A stretch of DNA of 64,000 nt, from positions 1-64,000 of the IMG/VR virus record IMGVR_UViG_2654587728_000014; one strand, 5' to 3'. The notes beneath the pieces were generated by a model, which was given only the letters and a program-made list of their open reading frames with translations, was not told the DNA's origin and searched no databases. Source of the DNA: a virus (lineage: Duplodnaviria; Heunggongvirae; Uroviricota; Caudoviricetes). Positions within the stretch are counted from its first letter, which is position 1, and each line of letters opens with the position of its first letter. The translations under genes were made by a program, and so were the position numbers. This document shows, piece by piece, positions 1 to 9,193 of this stretch.

Positions 1-1110
1 TCACGCTGTTTCTGCTATCCATTCCGGGATTTTTGCCTCAAGCTCAAGCTGCGTGGTAAAGCCGCTGTTATCAATGGTGTGCTCGGCTTTTGCAATAATC
101 CAGTCCTGATTATCAATCTCGCTTTTAAATCCTGTTACCGTGCCATGCATTTCGGGGTAGAGTTCTGCACGTCCACGCGCCAGCGTGATGGAAAATGATG
201 CGGCTCCGCGTTGTAGCTGCTGCCACTTTGCCGCCGCTGCGCGTCTTGCTGCCTGCTCGTTCTGATAAGTCTTGCGTAACACAAACACATTGCCTTCCGC
301 GCCTTCCATATAATCACCTTCACGGCTGCTGCTTTTCTCCTTTTTGGGTTTTGGCGGTTTGCGGCGTTTCACGCTGACTTTTTTCTTTTTCCCGTAATTA
401 AGATCAAGCCAGTAAGCGCGTACCCCCGTATACGCCTCGCGGTCAGCAATGCGGAACTGATGGCGATCGCCGCTGCTGCGTGTGATGGCGAACGATGGCA
501 ACGGCTGGCCCTGTGCGTTCACGCCACCACCTGGCATGATGAATAACAGATTGCCGCTTTTTACCGTGGTGATTGCGCCCAGCATTTCCGCCATGCGCGT
601 AAGGAAGGACATATCGCTTTCTTCGGTCTGGTCGGCGTGGTCGATTTCGATATCCATCAGCATTTCGCTGATTTGCGGTTTCAGACCATACCGATGAGCG
701 ATGGCGGATACCACACGCTCAACGGTCACATCATGCCAGGACACCTCACGTTTAACGTTAAATTCATCCCGAAAATCTGCGCTTCTGGCTGAAACAGTCA
801 GCCTGTCCGGCGGTCCTTCGTGAGCGATTTCATCAACAATGTAAGTGCCTTTTTCTGTCAGCGGTTCTCCTTTCCAGCCAATGAGAACCGTCAGGCGCGC
901 GCCCCGTGGCGGTAGCTGCAACTGACCATCCGCATCATCCAGCGTGATGGTGAGCTGGTCCGCGTCAAATCCCCGGTTGTCGGTCAGTGACAGGCTCATC
1001 AGGCGCTCTGCCACGCCTGACAGCGTTTTACCCTCCGCGAGAATATCAAAATCCGGCATTTTCACGGGGTCTGTGCCCTGACTGAGCAATTGCATGGTGG
1101 TATCGGTCAT
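1..1110 (-). CDS. D: P2-like tail protein gpD (late control D family)
   Basis: ORF track 1..1242; likely start ATG 1108-1110 after GGAGGG RBS; MTDTTMQLLSQG... resembles gpD; window starts at its stop codon. Confidence 0.88.
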   Translation of the reverse strand: MTDTTMQLLSQGTDPVKMPDFDILAEGKTLSGVAERLMSLSLTDNRGFDADQLTITLDDADGQLQLPPRGARLTVLIGWKGEPLTEKGTYIVDEIAHEGPPDRLTVSARSADFRDEFNVKREVSWHDVTVERVVSAIAHRYGLKPQISEMLMDIEIDHADQTEESDMSFLTRMAEMLGAITTVKSGNLLFIMPGGGVNAQGQPLPSFAITRSSGDRHQFRIADREAYTGVRAYWLDLNYGKKKKVSVKRRKPPKPKKEKSSSREGDYMEGAEGNVFVLRKTYQNEQAARRAAAAKWQQLQRGAASFSITLARGRAELYPEMHGTVTGFKSEIDNQDWIIAKAEHTIDNSGFTTQLELEAKIPEWIAETA

Positions 1111-1267
1111 CTGTTCCCTCCCTGTGCGGCATGGTCGCATGTGCGTGCGGAGGGGGTTACTGCTTTTTGTTGTCGCCGGATCGGGAGAACGGCACAGGGG
1201 TGAGATTACGCGCGTGGTGGGTGATGATTGTTGCCGAATCATTTAACGGATACAAGGGGCTAAAGCT

Positions 1268-2452
1268 ATGAGTGAAACTCGTTTTCATGGTGCCCGTGTT
1301 ACGGAAAATACCGACCTGGTAACAGCGATTAACGATGTTGATTCCAGCGTTATCGGTATCGTGGCAACGGCGGATGATGCGGACGCGAAGCTGTTCCCGC
1401 TGAACAAGCCCACACTGCTGACCCGCGTCAATGACGTGCTGGGAAAATGCGGGACAACGGGGACGCTTTATCGTGCGCTTAAGGCCATCGCAGACCAGGT
1501 GAGCACAAAGGTGATCGTCGTTCGCGTGGCTGAACACAAAGAAGAAGACGGAAAGACGCAGGATCAACTGGTTATCGGTGGTTCTGAATCTGACGGCAGC
1601 TATACGGGGATGTATGCGCTGCTTGTTGCAGAGCAGGATGAAAGCATCGGATACCGTCCGCGTATTCTGGCCGCGCCGGAGCTGGACACGGAGGCGGTGA
1701 CAAAATCCCTGTGCGTGATTGCGGGTAAACTGCGCGCGTTTGTGTATGCCTCATGTCACGGCTGTAACACGATGGCTGAGGTGATTACCTACCGCCAGAA
1801 ATTCAACGAACGTGAGGTGATGCTCTTATGGCCGGACTTCATCGCCTACAACCCGAAAAGTGGCAAAAACGAAACGTTCCCCGCGCCTGCCTATGCGTGC
1901 GGCCTTCGTGCGTACATTGACCATGAGCAGGGATGGCACAAATCACTGTCCAACGTTCCGGTTAAAAATGTGCTGGGGATGTCCAGGCATGTGTTCTGGT
2001 CGTTGCAGGCCGAAGACAGCGATGCCAACAGCCTCAACAACAAAGAAATCACGACCATTATTCGTCGCAACGGGTTCCGCTTCTGGGGCAACCGCACACC
2101 GGAAACGAACGCCTACATCTTTGAGGTGTATACCCGAACCGCACAGGTGCTGGCTGATTCAATTGCGGAAGCGCAGTTTGAAACCATCGACAGTCCACTG
2201 ACGCCTGCGAACGTGAAAGATGTTATCAGTGCCATCAGGGCAAAACTGGATTCACTGGTTACTGCCGGGAAACTGATTGGGGCGTCGTGCTGGTATGACG
2301 TGGTGGATAACGGCACCACGAATTTACGTCAGGGGCGTGTGCGTATTCGCTACAAATATACGCCTGTTCCCCCGCTGGAAGACATGGAGCTTTACCAGTC
2401 GTTTACTGATGAATTCTTTGGTCCCGCATTTGCGGTGCTGGGAGGTGCCTGA
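1268..2452 (+). CDS. FI: P2-like contractile tail sheath protein
   Basis: 394 aa; conserved sheath blocks (FPLNKP, LRAF.Y, WPDF, GWHK.LSNV, RRNGFRFWGNRT, YTPVPPLE) as in P2 FI. Confidence 0.92.
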   Translation: MSETRFHGARVTENTDLVTAINDVDSSVIGIVATADDADAKLFPLNKPTLLTRVNDVLGKCGTTGTLYRALKAIADQVSTKVIVVRVAEHKEEDGKTQDQLVIGGSESDGSYTGMYALLVAEQDESIGYRPRILAAPELDTEAVTKSLCVIAGKLRAFVYASCHGCNTMAEVITYRQKFNEREVMLLWPDFIAYNPKSGKNETFPAPAYACGLRAYIDHEQGWHKSLSNVPVKNVLGMSRHVFWSLQAEDSDANSLNNKEITTIIRRNGFRFWGNRTPETNAYIFEVYTRTAQVLADSIAEAQFETIDSPLTPANVKDVISAIRAKLDSLVTAGKLIGASCWYDVVDNGTTNLRQGRVRIRYKYTPVPPLEDMELYQSFTDEFFGPAFAVLGGA

Positions 2453-2964
2453 TGGCTGTACCAAAACATCTTCGCTTTTTTACGCTGTTTGTGGATGGTG
2501 AAAACGAAGTGGGTAAGGTGACGTCCGTCACTCTGCCTAAGCTGACGCGCAAAACCGACAGCTACCGGGGTGGTGGCATGATGGGTGCGGTAAGTATTGA
2601 TCTCGGTCTGGACGACTCCGCGCTTGATGCGAGCTTTGTCATGGGGGGCGCAGTTCGTGAGCTGTTCCTTAAGTATGGCGGCACGATTGACGGCACGCTG
2701 CTGCGTTTTGCGGGTGAATACTACACCGATGCAGAAAGCGATCTGTATGAAATCGAGATGCGCGGACGTGTGACGGAAATTGATATGGGGGAAGCCAAAC
2801 AGGGCGAAGCCACATCACACACTTACGCCATTAAAAACACCTACTACAAGCTGAGTGTTAACGATCGCCCGTTGTGGGAGATTGACCTGCTGAACTTCAT
2901 TTACCGGAAGGACGGCAAGGACATTGTGCCCGATCGCATCCGTTCCGCGCTTGGGCTTGGCTGA
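2452..2964 (+). CDS. FII: P2-like tail tube protein
   Basis: 170 aa directly after sheath gene with ATGA overlap; tube-like sequence. Confidence 0.88.
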   Translation: MAVPKHLRFFTLFVDGENEVGKVTSVTLPKLTRKTDSYRGGGMMGAVSIDLGLDDSALDASFVMGGAVRELFLKYGGTIDGTLLRFAGEYYTDAESDLYEIEMRGRVTEIDMGEAKQGEATSHTYAIKNTYYKLSVNDRPLWEIDLLNFIYRKDGKDIVPDRIRSALGLG

Positions 2965-3018
2965 TAAGTAATATGCAGGCGGCGCAGTGCGCCGCCTCTG
3001 ACTGAAAGGAGTTTCCTG

Positions 3019-3384
3019 ATGAAAGAGACGAAAAACATCGATACCGAAAACACGGTAGTTGCTGACACTGTGAAAGAAACCAGTGAGCGTGGCGTAAAAC
3101 TTACCCAACCAATTGAGCGAGGCGGCGAAAAAATCACGTATGTGGAGATCACCGGGGCTATTGAGCAGGCTGGATCTCTGCGAGATTTGTCGCTGTCTGA
3201 TGTGCTGAATCTGAAAGCGGAATCCATGTTTACGCTGCTGTCACGCGTGACATCACCGCGACTGGATGAAGTGACGATCAAAAAAATGGCATCCCGTGAC
3301 TTTATTCAGTTATGTGTGGTTGCCGTAAATTTTTTGAGCGGTGCGGACTCTGGCGGGAAGAACGAACAGGCGACGGAAGCCTGA
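3019..3384 (+). CDS. E: tail assembly chaperone gpE
   Basis: 121 aa ORF between tube and tape-measure genes; ends ...NFLSGADSGGKNEQATEA. Confidence 0.8.
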   Translation: MKETKNIDTENTVVADTVKETSERGVKLTQPIERGGEKITYVEITGAIEQAGSLRDLSLSDVLNLKAESMFTLLSRVTSPRLDEVTIKKMASRDFIQLCVVAVNFLSGADSGGKNEQATEA

Positions 3385-3548
3385 TCACGGTTGTGTGCTT
3401 TGAGCACATAGAAGACTTTGTGGCAGATATTGCCGTTATTTTTAACTGGTCGCCCGCCGAAATCTTCATGATGACGCCCGGCGAAGTGGTTAGCTGGCGT
3501 GAGCGGGCGGCACTTCGCAGCGGGAATGCAGACAATGAAGACTCTTGA
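3019..3548 (+). CDS. E': gpE+E' extended chaperone made by programmed -1 frameshift at TTTTTTG (3330-3336)
   Basis: slippery heptamer TTTTTTG inside E; the -1 frame continues as ORF 3312..3548 (FFERCGLWREER...NEDS). Confidence 0.65.
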
Positions 3549-4905
3549 TATCCGGGTCGCTTTCAGCGCCGTTGACAGGCTGACCCGACCTGCAGAAAAC
3601 GCACGCCGCCTGATGGGGCAGTTTGGTGACTCCATCCAGCGAACGCAGGGGGCGATCAAAAATCTCGAGCGTCAGGCGCGTTCATTTGAGCGCGCCCGCG
3701 ACGCTGTCAGTAAAGCGGATGCGGGTATCGTGAAAGCACGACGCCAGCTTAACGCCCTTAATCAGTTACAACGCACGGGTACAGTGCTCAGCGAAAAACA
3801 ACAAAAGCTGATGCAGCAGTTAAGCACCCGGCTTGAACGCCTGAATGAATCGCGCACACGGGAGATTCAGAAAATGCGGGAGCTTGGCGGAGAGCTGAAA
3901 CGCCACGGCATTTCCCTGACAGGCAGCGATAACACCATCCAGCAGGCCATCAGACGCACCGAACAGTACAACAACCAGCTTGAACGCGAACGGCAGGCGC
4001 TTGCGCGTGTAACGCGGGCGCGTGAGCGGTATTCGCGCGCGCAGGAAACCGCGGGAAAACTGAAAACAGGTGGTGCACTGGCAACAGGTGCGGCAGCGGC
4101 GGGCGGCTATGCTGCCGGGCGTTTTTTGCAGCCCGCGATTGGGTTCGGGAAAGAGATGTCCCGCGTTCAGGCACTGACGCGAATCGACAAAAACAGCCCA
4201 CAGTTTAAGGCGCTGCGTGAGCAGGCGTTAAAACTTGGCTCTGAAACGCAGTTCACCGCTGGAGATGCCGCCAGTGGACAGGCATTTCTTGCAATGGCTG
4301 GTTTTACTCCGCAGGCCATTCAGGCTGCGTTTCCCGGCGTGCTGAGCATGGCAACGGCTGGCGGTATGGATCTCGGCGAGACGGCGGATATTGGCTCAAA
4401 TATCCTGACGCAGTTCGGCCTCTCTGCTGACCAGATGGACCGGGTTGGCGACACGCTTACAGCGGCGTTTACCCGTACCAACACTGACCTTCGCGCGCTG
4501 GGCGAAACCATGAAATATGCAGGTCCGGTGGCGGGTAAGCTGGGAATATCGCTGGAGCAGGCCGCTGCGATGGCGGGCGTGCTGGCGAATATGGGCATCA
4601 GAGGGAGTGATGCCGGGACGGCAATGCGTGCCAGCCTGGCTCGTCTGGCATCACCGCCAAAGGCGGCAGCAGAGGCGCTGAAAGAGCTGGGTGTGGCTGT
4701 CTCTGACGCGAACGGCAAAATGCGCCCGATGGAGGATGTACTGGCCGACCTTTATAAAGCCACCCGCAAATACGGGGAAGTTGACCGGGTATCGTTCTTT
4801 AAGGACATTGCCGGAGAAGAGGCTTTCACATCGTTTATGGCGCTCGTTGATGCAGCGGGTGACGTGATGCGCCGCGCGATAAATGCACTCTATCTTGTGC
4901 GATAA
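3526..4905 (+). pseudogene. T: P2-like tape measure protein gpT, N-terminal part; native sequence ends about 4864 where a Mu-like end begins
   Basis: ORF 3499..4905 with coiled-coil tape-measure character; last 13 codons (VMRRAINALYLVR) are read from the inserted element. Confidence 0.8.
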
Positions 4906-4940
4906 ATGGCATCCACGCGGCGTTTCATTATTTGAAAAAG
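4865..4940 (+). repeat. Mu-like right-end terminal repeat region (putative transposase-binding sites)
   Basis: TGAT-N9-GATAAATG terminal motif, repeated GCGATAAATG(C/G)CA, then GTTTCATTATTTGAAAAAG; same motif at 10682. Confidence 0.55.
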
Positions 4941-4942
4941 AA

Positions 4943-5515
4943 TTACATTTCAGGTTGCGTTATGACAGTCCCAACAGGGTGATAGCGGTAGATCGTTGAC
5001 AGTCCAATATCATAGATAATTGCCAGCCGCTTTCTGTCATACCCTTTCTGGAGCAATCTTGCGATCTGCTCATGCTGCTCCTTCGTCAGTTTCGGGCGAC
5101 GTCCTCCAACTCTTCCTTGTGCTCGCGCAGCAGCCAGTCCAGCCAGCGTGCGCTCAACTATCAGTTCACGCTCCATTTCTGCCAGTGCACCCATCATATG
5201 AAAAAAGAACCTTCCCATCGGAGTGCTGGTATCGATTGAATCCGTCAGACTGCGAAAATTGACACCTTTTGCGCGTAGCTCTTCTGTGAGAGCAATGAGG
5301 TGTTTCATTCTTCTACCCAACCGATCCAGCTTCCAGACCACCAATGTATCCCCTCTTTTAAGGCACTTTAAAGCGCGTTTCAGGCCTGGTCGTTCCGACT
5401 TGGTTCCGCTCATTTTGTCCTCAAAAATCTGTTCACATCCTGCGCACATTAATGCATTGCGTTGCAAATCTGTGTTTTGGTCATTTGTTGACACACGTAT
5501 GTAGCCAATCAGCAT
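4943..5515 (-). CDS. gin: Gin/Hin/Pin-family serine DNA invertase (invertase 1)
   Basis: 190 aa MLIGYIRVSTNDQNTDLQRNAL...; catalytic Ser motif and C-terminal HTH; AAGGGAG RBS; ORF track 4943..5644 has an upstream non-native extension. Confidence 0.93.
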   Translation of the reverse strand: MLIGYIRVSTNDQNTDLQRNALMCAGCEQIFEDKMSGTKSERPGLKRALKCLKRGDTLVVWKLDRLGRRMKHLIALTEELRAKGVNFRSLTDSIDTSTPMGRFFFHMMGALAEMERELIVERTLAGLAAARAQGRVGGRRPKLTKEQHEQIARLLQKGYDRKRLAIIYDIGLSTIYRYHPVGTVITQPEM

Positions 5516-5569
5516 TAAAAATACTCCCTTTTGAGTGGTTAAAGTACTGAGATAATGTGGGGAGGATTT

Positions 5570-5597
5570 GAGAGATAAACGTTGGTTTGGGAGAAGG
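5570..5597. other. gix-like crossover site A (GAGATAAACGTTGGTTTGGGAGAAGG)
   Basis: matches gix/hix/cix consensus core AAACC-NN-GGTTT; inverted relative to site B at 7984-8011. Confidence 0.6.
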
Positions 5598-6048
5598 TTC
5601 GGCATTACCCGTTGGTGTGCCTGTTCCGTGGCCTTCAGCCACACCGCCTACTGGCTGGCTGAAATGCAACGGTGCGGCTTTTTCTGCTGAAGAATACCCG
5701 GAACTGGCAAAGGTTTATCCGACAAATAAATTGCCGGATTTACGCGGTGAATTTATTCGTGGCTGGGATGACGGACGTGGTGTGGATGCCGGGCGACAAT
5801 TATTATCTTCACAGGGGGATGCAATAAGAAATATTGAGGGATTCGCAGATGGCGGGATCGGTATGTCTTTTGATGCAATCAGAGGGGCTTTTTATGATGC
5901 AGGAACACGATCTGCGAGAATGCCGAATAACACAACTGATATAGGCAAAACCGATGACCTTGGATTCGACGCCTCTCGTGTCGTGCCAACAGCTAATGAA
6001 AACCGTCCACGTAACATCGCCTTTAATTATATTGTGAGGGCTGCATAA
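5587..6048 (+). CDS. tail-fibre variable C-terminal cassette (Sv type), no constant N-terminal part attached in this isomer
   Basis: starts at crossover site with GEGSALPVGVPVPWPSATPPTGWLKCNG, ends ...AFNYIVRAA; homologous to C-termini of S (43887..45341) and H (45962..47611). Confidence 0.75.
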   Translation: MGEGSALPVGVPVPWPSATPPTGWLKCNGAAFSAEEYPELAKVYPTNKLPDLRGEFIRGWDDGRGVDAGRQLLSSQGDAIRNIEGFADGGIGMSFDAIRGAFYDAGTRSARMPNNTTDIGKTDDLGFDASRVVPTANENRPRNIAFNYIVRAA

Positions 6049-6641
6049 TGAAACCTGTTTTTGATGAAAATGGGCTGGCTACAGTGCCGGGTGATATGCG
6101 TTGTTATTATTATGATGCAGTAACGTCTGAATATACGGGCTGGTCTGATGAATATATTAATACTGGCGTAAGTATGCCCGTTTGTTCCACTGGTATTGAC
6201 CCGGGCGAATACATTCCGGGAAGAGTGGCAGTATTTACGGGTAAGGGATGGAGCCATGAAGAAGACCATCGCAATGAGACCGTTTACTCAACTGAAAATG
6301 GCGCAGCTGTTACAGTGGATTATATCGGTGCCATCAAAGACGGTTATGTCACGCTTTCACCGTTAACGCCATACGATAAATGGGATGGTGAGAAATGGGT
6401 GACGGATACCGAGGCACAGCATAGCGCCGCAGTAGAAGCTGCAGAAGCACAGCGCCAGTCGCTGATTGATGCTGCAATGGCTTCCATCAGTCTGATTCAA
6501 CTGAAATTACAGGCCGGGCGGAAGCTGACGCAGCCAGAAAACACCCGACTTAACGCTGTGCTGGATTATATTGACGCGGTGACGGCAACAGATACCAGCA
6601 CAGCGCCGGACGTCATCTGGCCTGAACTGCCGGAGGCGTAG
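6048..6641 (+). CDS. tail fibre assembly protein (Mu U / P2 G family)
   Basis: 197 aa directly after Sv cassette; same family as 45348..45962. Confidence 0.85.
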   Translation: MKPVFDENGLATVPGDMRCYYYDAVTSEYTGWSDEYINTGVSMPVCSTGIDPGEYIPGRVAVFTGKGWSHEEDHRNETVYSTENGAAVTVDYIGAIKDGYVTLSPLTPYDKWDGEKWVTDTEAQHSAAVEAAEAQRQSLIDAAMASISLIQLKLQAGRKLTQPENTRLNAVLDYIDAVTATDTSTAPDVIWPELPEA

Positions 6642-7056
6642 GCCATTCAATATCTGGCGCACCGGAAGTATCGACCAGTTCCAGTGCGTCCAGATAATCC
6701 AGCCACAAATTATATTGCGCCAGTTCCTCACCTTTCAGGCGACCAATCGCCGCTTTACCAGGCCATTGCTTACTGTATATGTATTCGTTGACCTGATTAA
6801 TCAATTGCTGCTTTTCCAGTTCGGCTGCAGCAATTTGTTCCTCATGAGTTGGCGGTGGAATTTCCCCCCAGGTGGGAAGGCCATCATCACCCGCGATGCG
6901 TACTTTCCCTTGCAACGTTCTGTCTTCAATAAATTCCAGGTAAGTGTCATATGTCACTTCGACAACATCAGCAAGTTCCCATCCGGCCTGTTCATATTTC
7001 GCCACATCATTTTTAGCGAAAAAACTATTTTTTGAGGCGCTATAAACCATTTCCAT
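6613..7056 (-). CDS. tail fibre assembly protein (U' type, opposite arm of cassette)
   Basis: 147 aa; conserved ...WPTPPAVQAR end typical of U/G chaperones. Confidence 0.8.
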   Translation of the reverse strand: MEMVYSASKNSFFAKNDVAKYEQAGWELADVVEVTYDTYLEFIEDRTLQGKVRIAGDDGLPTWGEIPPPTHEEQIAAAELEKQQLINQVNEYIYSKQWPGKAAIGRLKGEELAQYNLWLDYLDALELVDTSGAPDIEWPTPPAVQAR

Positions 7057-7057
7057 A

Positions 7058-7531
7058 TTAATACCCTACTGCAATATAAAAAACTGATTCACCAGCGTCC
7101 TGAGAACCTACCCCCGGAACGCCAGACCAGGTTTTGTTAATGAATGCAAAACTGGTATTACTCAGATCAGATGCTCTGTACATCGGGCTGAACATCCAGT
7201 AGTTGGCTCCATATGTTTGTCCGAAAACAATGCCATAGCACTGATTTGTAAATGGCGTAGAAAATAATTTTCCACCAGTACCAGCGATAGTCCCGAATCG
7301 CATCTGGAACCCATTCGGGAAATTAATTCCGCCTGCCGGTGAAGACCAGTAAGACATATCAGGTATTTGCCCAGCACTATTTCCCACGTTTTTTGTTGCA
7401 ACGGTTCCTAACCCAAGATTAGCTCTTGCGTCAGATTTATTTGTTAACTCATAAAGATTATTTGCCTTTTGAAGTGCTCCTATTATGCGTAAATCATCAC
7501 CAGCGGCAACGGTTCCGACTGTCGTGCCCAC
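7058..7531 (-). CDS. tail-fibre-associated protein (extra ORF in cassette)
   Basis: 157 aa, Gly/Asn/Ser-rich with NLGLG motif like fibre distal tips; sits between Sv' and U'. Confidence 0.5.
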   Translation of the reverse strand: MGTTVGTVAAGDDLRIIGALQKANNLYELTNKSDARANLGLGTVATKNVGNSAGQIPDMSYWSSPAGGINFPNGFQMRFGTIAGTGGKLFSTPFTNQCYGIVFGQTYGANYWMFSPMYRASDLSNTSFAFINKTWSGVPGVGSQDAGESVFYIAVGY

Positions 7532-7565
7532 ATCCCTTTTCGCCGCTTCTCCTAAACCAACGTTT

Positions 7566-8072
7566 CTATGCCGCCCTTACGATGTAATTAAACGCAATGT
7601 TACGGGGACGAATGGTCACATAATTAACCCCATCGCCTCGCGAAGGACCTGCAAATGAAAAACGGGAGAATCCAGGTTGGTTGTCAAGGATTTGGTCATA
7701 GTTATTGATTGAATGACCAGACCCAATGTCAAAATTACCTGCGTAATGAGAAAAACTTGTACCATCCTGCCGTGAAAGCAGATCGCGCCCTGTATCCACT
7801 TTTCGCCCGTCGTCCCATCCACGGATAAACTCACCGCGCAAATCGGGAAGACGGAGGGTCGGGTAGACTCTGGCCAGAACAGGATATTGTTCTTTTGTAA
7901 AGGCGCGCCCGTCGCACTTTAACCAGCCTGCTGGCGGTGTGGCAGTGGGCCACGGAACAGGTACACCAACGGGCAGCGCCGAGCCTTCCCCCAAACCAAC
8001 GTTTTCGTTTTTATCCCTACCTATACCAACTCTGTATTTTTCACGAAACAAAGAGGATGTTTTTTTATGCAA
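7566..8072 (-). CDS. tail-fibre variable C-terminal cassette (Sv' type), promoterless in this isomer
   Basis: LGEGSALPVGVPVPWPTATPPAGWLKCDGRAFTKEQYPVLARVYPTLRLPDLRGEFIRGWDDGRKVDTGR nearly identical to the H segment at 46275-46465. Confidence 0.8.
   Translation of the reverse strand: MHKKTSSLFREKYRVGIGRDKNENVGLGEGSALPVGVPVPWPTATPPAGWLKCDGRAFTKEQYPVLARVYPTLRLPDLRGEFIRGWDDGRKVDTGRDLLSRQDGTSFSHYAGNFDIGSGHSINNYDQILDNQPGFSRFSFAGPSRGDGVNYVTIRPRNIAFNYIVRAA
7984..8011. other. gix-like crossover site B (CCTTCCCCCAAACCAACGTTTTCGTT)
   Basis: about 21/26 identical to reverse complement of site A; lies just upstream of invertase 2. Confidence 0.6.
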
Positions 8073-8666
8073 ATTGGCTATATTCGTGTGTCAACAAATG
8101 ACCAGAACACGGATTTACAACGCAATGCACTGAACTGCGCAGGATGTGAACTGATTTTTGAAGATAAAATCAGCGGAACGAAATCAGCCAGACCGGGATT
8201 GAAAAAACTGCTCAGAACGCTATCAGAAGGAGATACGCTGGTTGTCTGGAAGCTGGACAGACTGGGCAGAAGTATGAAACACCTGATCACGCTTATTGAG
8301 GAATTGCGGGAAAAAGGTGTTAATTTCCGTAGTCTGACGGACAGCATTGACACATCAACACCCATGGGGCGTTTCTTTTTTCACGTCATGGGGGCTTTAG
8401 CCGAAATGGAACGTGAATTAATTGTAGAGCGTACACTGGCCGGGCTGGCAGCAGCACGCGCACAAGGACGCATTGGCGGACGTCGCCCGAAGTTGACAAA
8501 AGAACAACACGAGCAAATAGCGAGGCTGATTAAAAACGGTCATGACAGGAAACAACTGGCGATCATTTACGACATCGGCATATCGACGATTTATCGTTAT
8601 CACCCTGTAGGCGATATACAGGCTGAAGAAACAACCAGGCAGACTCAGGAAAATAAAAACCGCTAA
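8067..8666 (+). CDS. Gin/Hin/Pin-family serine DNA invertase (invertase 2)
   Basis: 199 aa MQIGYIRVSTNDQNTDLQRNAL...; paralog of invertase 1 in inverted orientation. Confidence 0.93.
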   Translation: MQIGYIRVSTNDQNTDLQRNALNCAGCELIFEDKISGTKSARPGLKKLLRTLSEGDTLVVWKLDRLGRSMKHLITLIEELREKGVNFRSLTDSIDTSTPMGRFFFHVMGALAEMERELIVERTLAGLAAARAQGRIGGRRPKLTKEQHEQIARLIKNGHDRKQLAIIYDIGISTIYRYHPVGDIQAEETTRQTQENKNR

Positions 8667-8686
8667 TCTGACCATTAGCGGTTTTG
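8659..8686 (+). terminator. rho-independent terminator of invertase 2
   Basis: hairpin ACCGCTAAT-CTGACC-ATTAGCGGT followed by TTTTG. Confidence 0.6.
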
Positions 8687-8692
8687 CGTTAA

Positions 8693-9187
8693 TCAAAACA
8701 GCCCTTTAACGGAGCTGGCCGCGCTGTTAAGGGATGATGTGACCTTATCTTTGAAGCCGGACAGCATATCACTGAACGATGAGGATTGCAGGCGCTCCCG
8801 CAAATCCTCATCACAGCGTTCAAGAGTCAGTGAAAATTCTATCTTTTTCGCCTTACCGTAGCGATCAAACTCGGAACGGGTCGTATTCGTTTCAGTCAGT
8901 ACATACATGCCGTAAATCTGCCCGACACCATCAATCAGAGGCCAGGGGCGTCCTGTATATGCCTGCGTGGTCAGCAACGAAAGCGACACTTCGCCACCTG
9001 TAATTTCAGGATAAAGCACGCCGGAAAGCACGATGCGATCATCACCTGCGCCGATATACTGCCAGCTTGCTGAACGGTTAACGCGTTCATTTTTCACATG
9101 CCGCCAGCTTTTGTTTTGCTGTAACTGCTGATGCGGCAATGTGCGCAGCTCAAAAACAAACATGCCGTAGATCATCATCATGGCCAT
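8693..9187 (-). CDS. U: P2-like tail protein gpU
   Basis: 164 aa MAMMMIYGMFVFELRTLP...; gpU family; D is not downstream as it would be in P2. Confidence 0.88.
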   Translation of the reverse strand: MAMMMIYGMFVFELRTLPHQQLQQNKSWRHVKNERVNRSASWQYIGAGDDRIVLSGVLYPEITGGEVSLSLLTTQAYTGRPWPLIDGVGQIYGMYVLTETNTTRSEFDRYGKAKKIEFSLTLERCDEDLRERLQSSSFSDMLSGFKDKVTSSLNSAASSVKGLF

Positions 9188-9193
9188 GACTCC

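Larger units (their letters stand above)
4865..8666 (-). mobile_element. Mu-like transposable prophage, right-end segment (R-end repeats, gin-type invertase, invertible tail-fibre cassette, second invertase)
   Basis: terminal TGATGCGCCGCGCGATAAATGCAC with GATAAATG and GTTTCATT..GAAAAA repeats resembling the Mu right end; invertase reads toward the end as gin does in Mu. Confidence 0.6.

Noticed and set aside
4943-8666. Two recombinase genes flanking a segment, resembling a composite transposon
   Set aside because: Both are small serine invertases of the Gin/Hin type with gix-like sites and tail-fibre cassettes between them; no DDE transposase or IS inverted repeats at these borders.
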